Positions 32,738 to 41,366 of a stretch of 41,366 nt of DNA are shown here, piece after piece. The DNA is taken from assembly GCA_054600435.1 (NCBI GenBank), contig BAAIJX010000024.1, forward strand, positions 310,001 through 351,366, in the 5' to 3' direction. This DNA is from Neophaeotheca triangularis. Its lineage: Eukaryota. Under the pieces are notes generated by a model, which saw only the letters and a program-made list of their open reading frames with translations, was not told the origin of the DNA and ran no database searches. Made by a program: the position numbers and the translations under genes. Numbering within the stretch: position 1 is the stretch's first letter; every line of letters begins with the position of its first letter.

Positions 32738-35008
32738 ATGCGTCACGCAATCACTTTCGCTGCTTTGAGCAGCTTCGTTTCCGCGAGCCCTCTCCATCGC
32801 CGTGCTCCTTGTGACCCTCAGAATGTGGGTGCCCCAGGTGCTCCTGCTCCGGTGCCAAACACCCCTGCTGCTTTCGCGAACAATGATGTCTACGACTCAT
32901 TGTCGAGCGATGCAGCCACGCCGGATGGCTACGACCAAGTCTTTGCCAACCTGGCCGCTTCCAACAGGTAAGTCCAGATACCACGGCTACCATAGTAGAC
33001 AAAGCGCTGACGCCTCGCCAGTGCGCCCCAATACCTCACTACGACTTCCTTGGACTTCTACGACCCCTCCGCTTGCGCCAACACCTGCAACGGCATCGAC
33101 GGCTGCGTGTCTTTCAACATTTACCTCGAGCGTTCTCCTAGCGTCGAGCCTGGTTACTCGCAGTGCCAGAACCCCGAGGCCGTCACGACCATCCACTGCG
33201 GTTTCTGGGGCAGCGAAATTTCTGCCGCCAACGCCGATAACACTGGCCAGTTCCGGGCTGACTTCCAGATTCTCATTGCTGCTGCCAATGGGTACGTGAG
33301 GGCCTTGGACGAGCCTGTTACCACTTCGAGCTCCGCTGCGATCGAGACCTCGACTGCCGTTCCTGAGACGAGCACGATTGCGTCGGAGAGCGCGACAGAG
33401 ACAGAAACGCTGCTTCCCACCGACACTGCCGTTCCTGAGTTGACCACTTCGAGCGTCATCCCAACAGAGACCGTCGTTCCAGAGCCAACTACATCCTCCG
33501 ACAGCACCACGGTCATCGACGAGCCTACTTCTACCGTCTCCGAGAGCCTGACCGAAACTGTCATCCCAGTGCCGTCCGAAACCGCCACCCTCGAGCCTAC
33601 TACATCGAGTGCTGTTGCGACCGAGACCGCGGCCCCAGAACCCACCGTTTCCGAGAGCGCCACCGTTATCGACGGCACAACTTCGACTGTCATTGCAGTG
33701 CCGTCCGAAACCGCCACCCTCGAGCCTACTACATCGAGTGCTATTGCGACCGAGACCGCGGCTCCAGAACCCACCGTTTCCGAGAGCGCCACCCTTATCG
33801 ACGGCACAACTTCATCTGTCGTTTCCGTGACTCTAAGTGAGACCGACCTACCTCTCCCTTCTGACACCGTCACTCTGGAGCCTACCACAGAGAGCGCAAT
33901 CCCAGAGCTCACGACATCTACTTTTGTTTCGGAGAGCACCATCAGTGCTAATGGGACCAGCTTCACCATGTCGGAGACCATCTCCGAGACTGGCTTTCCC
34001 ACCTTGAGTGAGACTGCCGCTCCGATTGAGACCTCGACCTTTGCGTCCGTGAGCGCTTCCGGCATCAATACAACCAGCTTCACTGCCTCCGAGACTGCGA
34101 CCGAGACTGCCGCTCCGATCGAGACCTCTACCTTTGCGTCCGTGAGCGCTTCCGGTATTAACGCAACCAGCTTCACTGCCTCCGAGACTGCGACCGAGAC
34201 TGCCGCTCCGATCGAGACCTCTACCTTTGCGTCCGTGAGCGCTTCCGGTATTAACGCAACCAGCTTCACCGCCTCCGAGACTGCGACTGCTGCGCCCATT
34301 GAAACCTCTACCTTTGCTTCCGCCAGCGCTTCCGGCATCAACGCAACCACTGCTGCTCCGATTGAAACCTCTACCTTTGCTTCCGCCAGCGCTTCCGGCA
34401 TCAACGCAACCACTGCCGCTCCGATCGAGACTTCTACCTTTGCTTCCGCCAGCGCTTCCGGCATCAACGCAACCACTGCCGCTCCGATCGAGACCTCTAC
34501 CTTTGCTTCCGCTAGCGCTTCCGGCATCAACGCAACCACTGCCGCTCCGATCGAGACATCTACTTTTGCTTCCGTCAGCGCTTCCGGTATTAACGCAACT
34601 AGCTTCACCGTCTCCGAGACCGCGACTGCTGCGCCCATTGAGACTTCCACTTTCAACTTCGGGAACGCTACACTTTCGGAAGTCGTAACTGCGACCGACG
34701 CCCCCGTCGTAATCCCCACAACCTCTACGTTCCTCTCCACAAGCGCTACAGTCATCGACGGCACTACCTCCTCCGTAGCTGTGATTGTCACCGAGACTGA
34801 GGCTCCCGCCCTAGAGCCGACGACCTCCACAGTCATCTCCGAAAGCGCGACTGTCGTAGATGGCACTACCTCCTCCGTGGCTGTGATCGTCACGGAGACT
34901 ATCCTCCCAATCTGGACCTCGACGTTCAACCCTGAGGATGCCCTCCTCACCGGAGCCGTTACTCCTATCTTGGAGCCGATCGCGACGGCGGAGTCGACGG
35001 TTGTTTAG
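32738..35008 (+). CDS. Secreted protein with an N-terminal Cys-rich domain and a long Ser/Thr/Glu-rich mucin-like repeat stalk; intron 32968-33021
   Basis: Signal peptide MRHAITFAALSSFVSA plus RR pro-site; TPDGY..F.NL.AS, YDPSACANTC..GCVSFNIYLER.PS..C.NP..CGFWG..GQFR.DFQILIAAANGY; GTAAGT...GCTGAC...CAG intron in frame. Confidence 0.88.
33567..34640 (+). repeat. In-frame coding tandem repeats: 129 bp x2, 93 bp x3, 63 bp x~5
   Basis: Units VPSETATLEPTTSSA..TETAAPEPTVSESAT.IDGTTS (33567, 33696), TETAAPIETSTFASVSASGINATSFTASETA (34010-34285) and TAAPIETSTFASASASGINAT (34286-34600). Confidence 0.9.
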
Positions 35009-35434
35009 GGACGAATACCATTTTTCGTGACTCGAGCCCTTTTTTTTTTTTTTTGACTGGCGGGGAGTTCGAAGTAAGAGCACGATCGTGATCGTGTCTT
35101 GAGGCTCTTTGGTCAGATCTTCTCGTACAGCCCCTAGCATTCACGCCTCCGTGGATCATACATACACACATAAATTTTTTTGCTCTAGCATCCTGTCATT
35201 TCCGGTTTCTCGAGGAAAACAGCAAATGAGAGACAGGTTCCACGAATTGGTTTCAACATTATACTGACGATTACATTGTACGAGACATGTAGGGAGATCG
35301 GTTAAAAGTTCGACACGAACTGGTGACTCACAAGCTGTTCAATCAAAACTTACTTCAAATGATCTACTCCCTTCGCATGACCATCCATGTTCCATCACAA
35401 GGTAAGGGCAAGGACATGTCTCGCAGGGTACCTC

Positions 35435-35820
35435 TAGACGGCGCCGACATGAAAACTCTTAGCATAGCGGGACAGGTACCTCAACCCTTAGCCGCGAAGA
35501 AACCGGGCATTGCGCAGCCGTTGTTGATGATGGCTGCAGACACAGGTGCTGAGGCGCCGGTTCCTCCGACTCTAGTCGATAGTGTGTGTTCGAAGATAAC
35601 GACGTTGTCACCTATAGTGGACATGGCAGATGTCGGGGCGACCACCGTTAGTGACAGATTCTGGTAAATCGTTCGTGCTAGAGGTAGGGTAGGCTTTGTA
35701 ACTCTAGGTGTACATAGTGAGATAGGCGTTGACAGCGGTGGACTGGTAGGGGGGCTGCTTGTAGATGGTGGAGAAGCCACCGACCCCAGGGTAGCGGGTG
35801 ACAGCGACCTCCTGCTCTTT
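35435..35820 (-). pseudogene. Relic of an S53 sedolisin/aorsin-like peptidase C-terminus
   Basis: EQEVAVTRYPGVGGFSTIYKQPPYQ..AV.AYL / STIGDNVVIF..RVGGTGASAPVSAAII / GCAMPGFFAAKG*GT.PAMLRVFMS, with stops, a frameshift and internal deletions. Confidence 0.8.
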
Positions 35821-35859
35821 CGCTGCGGAATTAGATTACCCTAAGAAAGGTACCCTAAG

Positions 35860-37100
35860 AAAGGAAGACAACCTTGGAACTAGCTTTCGACCTTGCACTT
35901 TGCCGCACTACCACCTTGAGAGTCTTCTTGCGAACTTCAAACGCAGCCCTCTTCCAGAAGAGCGCCCAGTCCGAGTTTGCAATTAGCACATTCCCCTTCA
36001 TACGCCGCAACGCATTGGGAATCTGACCAGGCCTCATTTAGAGCCAAGCTCCGACCGCATGTGGAATGCGCGACAAATTGTAGAAGACTACTCGCTGAAA
36101 TTCCCAAGTCGGGTAGGAAGCGTTCCAGAGCGTCAAGAGTCTTGCTCGATATCGTCTTCGCAGTCGAGCCGTAAGTTGTCCGCATCCGAACCGAAAGAGG
36201 CCAAGTGCGTGTTACCTGCGGGCGTCGTGCCGTCACCGAACATGTAGGCCATAATATCTGCTGGGTGCGCGATGGTGCTGGAAAGAGATCTGAATCGGAT
36301 CTTCCGTTTCCACGTACGTCTTGGTGACTTGGTTGACGTGCCTGGATTCGGAAGCTTCGATTTTGATCTTGTCGAGAGGTGGGCTAAAGAGATTTTGGTG
36401 GAGTACGTTCAACGGCATCATGCACATTGCACTTTTGGCTTGGATGTTGCGGTCCCCGGCTTGAACGGTCACGATATCGTTATCGTTGAGGACGGCAGAA
36501 ACATGGGCGAAGCATAGTCGGGGTTGCCTGTGGCCATGGCTTCGTCAAGTGAGTTTCGTGCAAAGTGCGATTGACCGCTTCGCAGCTTGAATGCCAAGCA
36601 TTGTTTCATGTAGAAGTGCATGTCGTAGTTGTTCAACGCTCACAACCGAAGAAGCTCTCCGAAGCTGACTTCCTCTAGGTTCGCACCACACGATGTGTCC
36701 AGAAGATCTTGGAACGGTTGCAAGCTCTGTGTCGGAAAGCTCCACTTGATCCAAGCGATCTTGTATCGACCTGTTGTCGAAGTCGCCAAGCTGCCAGTGT
36801 AGAGTGCCCGCTCCGGGGATCAGGACCTGTTTTATTACCGTAGGCACCATTCACGGTGACTATCTTGCCAACGGCCGCTGTAGGAGATGGTTTGCGCATG
36901 GTGACAAGGCGGAGTCTCGGTATGCCTTCTAGCCCATCATAAAGTCTACTCGCCACCGATACTCGCCTCGTAGTAGATTAGCAAGCGGTGGCTACGGGAA
37001 GGTGTTGGTGACATGTCGGCTTGTTGACGTAGAGGGCGGGACTGGTTAACAAGAATGTCAAAGTGTCTACATATGTTCTTGAACCATCCTGGGTCCATTG
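35860..37100 (-). pseudogene. Relic of a flavin monoamine oxidase (MAO-N-like)
   Basis: Collinear fragments in changing frames: LLIYYEASIGG; SIQDRLDQ; LLRLWALNNYD..FKLRSGQSHFAR; MPLNVLH..FSPPL..HVNQVTK; MFGDGTTPAGNTHLASFG; VLIANSDWALFW. Confidence 0.8.
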
Positions 37101-37522
37101 GATACATCAGACATGCAACACAGCCTCTAGTCGCATGACTACACACTCATCGGAAAGCCGAGCGTCACGAACAAGGTGTGAGCGTTTCTTGCGCAAGTTT
37201 GCAGCTTGCTCGTAGTGGCCTATCAAGTTCTCCGACATGCCGTCGCTCAAGAAATGCGGTCTGCGTGCTGTGTTTCCGGCGAACGGGCATTCGCGATGTT
37301 TGTGACCCCGTGTAGGCGATGAAGCCATTGTCGAGCGCTCCAACCGCCAGCCGTGGCTTCGGGAGCGAGCGAGGACGGCCAGCGGGCTACTGAAAGCGAT
37401 GGCACGACGGCTGCGAGGGAGCTCAAGAGTTTATGAGCTGCTCCACTGTTGCAATCTGATTTTCATCTCGAGCGACAGAGCGCAGCAGCAGTACCAGGTA
37501 TACACGACACCTGCAGGCTCAG

Positions 37523-38002
37523 TCATAGCTTCTCGTCTTTCCCAGCATCACGCATCGCCTTCTCTCCGTCCACCAGAACACACCAGCCCTCCCCTCCCCG
37601 TGTTCCTCCTTCCATGCCCGCAACCGCAGCACCGGGAAACGCTTCGAGCGCGTACTGCATCTCTACGTCGCTGAAGCTGCCCGGCTGAAGCCAGACCGCG
37701 CGAATGCCCGCCTCTTTCGCTTCTCGTAGCAATTGCGCCGTGATTCTCGGTGGCGTGATGACGGAGAGTGCGGTGTCCTTTGGTGCCTGAAGAGCAGACA
37801 CGCTCGGTGCGGTCTCGTAGTCTTTGCGTCGAACGGTGACCGCACTGCATGATGGGTTCAGCGGTGTCACGGGTAGGTCATAAGCGAGGTACCAAGCGAA
37901 TATTTTGTGGCCGAACTTGTGCGTCTGCGAAGAGGCGCCGGCGACAGCGAAGTGCTTCGAGGCGAAAAAGGTACGCGCTGCGGATTGCATATCAGTTGAC
38001 AT
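37523..38002 (-). CDS. CoA-binding domain (YccU-like Rossmann fold) protein
   Basis: FFASKHFAVAGASSQTHKFGHKIFAWY, PVTPLNP, ALSVITPP, AVWLQPG, CVLVDGE. ATG at 38002; ends -EKL. Confidence 0.9.
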   Translation of the reverse strand: MSTDMQSAARTFFASKHFAVAGASSQTHKFGHKIFAWYLAYDLPVTPLNPSCSAVTVRRKDYETAPSVSALQAPKDTALSVITPPRITAQLLREAKEAGIRAVWLQPGSFSDVEMQYALEAFPGAAVAGMEGGTRGGEGWCVLVDGEKAMRDAGKDEKL

Positions 38003-38324
38003 TGTAGTAGAGCGTAAAAGATGTCTAATACTGCGGTGTTTCTCTAGAGATGCGTATTGTCGTTGACCCCACGAATTCGCTACGTTACCCCATGGTATCA
38101 CGGGTAACCTAGGTAACTTCATCTCCCGCACTACCTACGTAAGTAACATTGAACAAGGGTGTGACTCATCTCAATGAGCCCGTGATCGAAAGGGCATCAA
38201 CTCATGAAAGAACATTGGCCTCTGACGGTAGTTATAGCGTTAACGAAGACAACCTCTACAACCCTTCCGATTAATTACACCCACCTATCTTGTCAGCAAC
38301 CTCAGAATTCATATCAACCTCCAA

Positions 38325-39551
38325 ATGGCCAACGTTAAAGGCGCCCTTTCCATCACGGCCCGCCAAGAGCTGCGAACCTCTTTGGCCCAAGAAAAGAGAG
38401 ACCCTTTGATATGCGCGGTTCCTAAAGTCGAGCTCCACGTCCACATCGAAGGCACTCTAACCCCCGAATTAAGATGGAAGTTCTCCCGGCGAAACGGCAT
38501 GACACTTAGCCACCCTCGTACTGGCGCGGTCTTCTCGACTCTACAACAACTGCGCGACTCTCATGACACTATGAAACCTCTCCAAGAAGGGCCGACAAGC
38601 AATGCCGAAGAGACTTTGTCATTCTTCGAAGCCTACTACGGCGGGTTCGAGGTTTTAAAGACGACTCAGGATTACTACGATCTTGCCATGCATTACTTCG
38701 AGCGTGCCGCGGAGATGAATGTGCGATATTGCGAGGTTTTCTTTGACCCGCAAGGCCATACTCGTACCGGGACGACGTGGGAAACCATGATGACCGGCTT
38801 CCGTTCAGCTCAGGAAAAGGCTGAGAAGGAACTTAATGTGCGTAGAGAAAGGAACGTAGAGCTAACGGTTTAGATATTGACACAATTGCGACAGGTGAGA
38901 AGTGCATGGATAATGTGCTTGCTCCGCGACGAATCTCCCGAATCAGGAAAGGAGCACTACCTCGCCGCCCTTGCTTACCGCGATATGATAGTGGGTATAG
39001 GACTCGATTCAAACGAAGACCAGCGACCGCCTTTGTTGTTCGACGAAATATATGTCCGAGCAAGAACAGACGGCTTCCGTCTAACGGCGCACTGCGATGT
39101 GGGCAAAGCGTATCCTCTCGAGCATGTCCGTCAAGTAGTATCATCGATCGGCGGCAACGGCGCCGAACGTATCGATCACGGTTTGAATGCTACAGACAGC
39201 CTAGAGTTGATACATCTAATACGTCGAAAGGGAATCGGTATGACAATCTGTCCGTGGTCATACATTCGGCACCAGCCGTTCGACGAGGTCTTCAAACGCA
39301 TTCGCATGCTCTTTGATGCTGGCATCCGAATTGCAATCGCAAGCGATGATCCGACTTTTATGGAGAACGCCTGGATAAATGAGAATTTGCTGCTTGTGAA
39401 GGAGTTTTGCAATTTTGATGACAACGATGTTCTTCGATTGATAGAAGACGCGATAGAAGTCTGTTGGGCACCTGATGAGGTTAAGAAGGACATTCTTAAG
39501 GAGTTACGTAGCATTAGTAGGATAGTTAGCAAGCGAGCGAGGAACGAGTAA
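38325..39551 (+). CDS. AAH1: Adenine deaminase (adenosine/AMP deaminase family); intron 38838-38894
   Basis: PKVELHVHIEGTL, YCEVFFDPQGH, GIGLDSNE, LTAHCD, RIDHG, TICPW and IASDDP. Confidence 0.9.
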
Positions 39552-39619
39552 GGGGTAGGCATCGGACGGTCGCACGACTCGCTAAATATAATGCCATGGT
39601 GAAAATGCCTTAATTCCAT

Positions 39620-41246
39620 TTGATTTTAGTGAGGATTTTTAGCGCGAAATTCTAATAGGGGGGTATTGTCATTTGTTAATAGAGGGCACTTCTATTTATT
39701 AATCCTTAACTAATACTTCTAAAATTTTGATAGTTATAATGTAAGCTAAATTAGCTAGTAGAGCTAAAATCTTAGAGCATTTAAATAACTCTTAAGGTTA
39801 TAATCTAGTATAGCCTAAAAAGTAAAGTTCTTTATACTAAGGAAGCTCTAGCTAATTAGGGTTAGAGGGTATAAAGCTAGCTTACTAAGCTAACTAGCTA
39901 GCTAATAAGCTATATAGCTAGCTAGCTAACTATATAGCTAGTAGCTATTAAGCTAGTAGTTATTTATTATGACTATAGTACTAGTAGGATAATAGTAGCC
40001 TAGTAGTAAAGAGCTTAGGAGTACTAAGTATATATACTATAAAAGTATATAAGATAGCTATTAGTAAAGCCTCCTATCTACTATTAAATAGTTTCTATAT
40101 TAAAGGACTATTACTATTATTACTATTATTATACTCTACCCTCGCTATACTATAATCTTAACTAAGTTATAGTCTTAGTCTTATAATTCTATTTGATCTT
40201 AGAACCTCTTTAGGTTAAGATTTGCTTAGACATTATAGTACTAGCCTACTCGCTATATCCTTAGGTTAATAATACTAACCTAGTAGACTCTTCTAATACT
40301 ATAACTAGAGTTAATACCTTATAAGAATAAGAAGAGATAGTAATAGACTAATATATAGTTCTTACTAACTATAATGCTACGACTAAATTACGGCAATTTA
40401 ATTTAAAATAGGTAAGGATTTTAGTACTAAATTTTAACTAAGAGGGTAGTTTAATTTAGAAAGAGGTAGCAATTTACTATTTACTAGTACCTTAGATCTT
40501 CCCTATACTTTTATAGTTTAGACTATAAATTAATTCTGTAGTCAAAAATCAAATTTAGGATATTTAAACTATAGACTATTAAGAGATAGATTTTCGAAAA
40601 GAAGTAGTATTCTTAATATAGGTATAGCTAAGTAGTAACTTTAGGGGCTACTCTCTTCCTTTACTACTAGAGAGATATATTACGACCGAGGATATCTACT
40701 AAGTAGTTATTACGACTATAACACTAGTAGGATAACGGCGGCCTAAGCTATAGAGTAGCTCGAGAGTACTAAGTATATATACTATAAAAGTATATAAGAT
40801 AGCTAATAGTAAAGCCTCCTGTCTACTATTAAATAGTTTCTATATTAAAGGACTATTACTATTATTACTATTATTATATTCTACCCTTACTATACCGTAA
40901 TCCTAACTAAGTTATAGTCTCGGTCTTATAATTCTATTCGATCTTAGAACCTTTTTAGGTTAAGATTCGCTTAGACATTATAGTATAGACTTATTATTAA
41001 TTAAGCCTAATCAAATCAAAATCAATTTACCTACCGTTTTGACTTAAACTTAGTATTAAATCAAGATCAATTTAATTAAACCGTAGACCTACTAAGATTA
41101 ATCTAAGGGGTAGCTTAATTAATAAGCCTTATTAAGGCTTAATAGGGTTATAGGGGGTTATATGACTAATATGTTTATAAGTGAATGTTACTAGTTTACA
41201 AACTAAACTCTAACCCTACTACTTATTAGAGCTTATCGTAGCTACC
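39620..41246. other. AT-rich, RIP-mutated subtelomeric DNA
   Basis: Abrupt drop in GC, TpA very abundant, CpA/TpG scarce, no ORFs in the track. Confidence 0.9.
39965..40985. mobile_element. Pair of ~275-bp RIP-degenerate direct repeats (39965-40240 and 40708-40985), LTR-like
   Basis: The copies align almost exactly from gagtactaag to gacattatagta, and the differences are nearly all transitions. Ends tattacg...cattata could be RIP-mutated TG...CA LTR termini. The repeat is certain; LTR identity is inferred. Confidence 0.6.
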
Positions 41247-41366
41247 TTAGGGTTAGGGTTAGGGTTAGGGTTAGGGTTAGGGTTAGGGTTAGGGTTAGGG
41301 TTAGGGTTAGGGTTAGGGTTAGGGTTAGGGTTAGGGTTAGGGTTAGGGTTAGGGTTAGGGTTAGGG
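41247..41366 (+). repeat. Telomere (TTAGGG)20
   Basis: Perfect TTAGGG array running to the end of the sequence with the G-rich strand 5'->3' toward the terminus. Confidence 0.99.

Noticed and set aside
33567..34640. CRISPR-like array
   Set aside because: Eukaryotic in-frame coding tandem repeats with no unique spacers and no cas genes.
33154..34950. 598-aa minus-strand ORF
   Set aside because: Antisense shadow of the repetitive Ser/Thr-rich coding strand, which has a signal peptide, an intron and a conserved head domain.
7879..39551. Nucleotide-metabolism gene cluster (URA5, HNT2, AAH1)
   Set aside because: The genes are 10-19 kb apart, separated by unrelated housekeeping genes and act in different pathways.
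39620..41246. Telomere-linked RecQ helicase or intact transposon ORF
   Set aside because: No ORFs or recognisable motifs; the sequence is saturated with TpA-type stops.

Overview
Right-hand chromosome end of a filamentous ascomycete (inferred Dothideomycete-like from GT-AG introns with CTRAC branch points, RIP-type mutation and a (TTAGGG)20 telomere at 41247-41366). Apparently intact genes: beta-hydroxyacid dehydrogenase, leukotriene A4 hydrolase, a Sororin-like protein, URA5, a conserved hypothetical with a 589-nt intron, an ER-type (KEEL) degenerate Hsp70-NBD-like protein, an R3H protein, a small hypothetical, CHIP U-box ligase, a non-RD kinase, Fhit/HNT2, Cdc4 myosin light chain, TMT1-like methyltransferase, a secreted mucin-like repeat protein, a CoA-binding protein and adenine deaminase. 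Interspersed decayed genes: an internally deleted GH28, a CHAT (caspase-like) protease with a probable HeLo-like N-terminus, a stop-riddled unknown next to an interstitial telomere repeat, an S53 sedolisin and a MAO-N-type amine oxidase. Only ~1.7 kb of RIP-scarred AT-rich DNA with a degenerate direct repeat separates the last gene from the telomere. The best candidate for an undescribed system is the HeLo-like/CHAT immune-type relic (about 14900-16013, minus). All family assignments are by-eye motif recognition; no searches were run.
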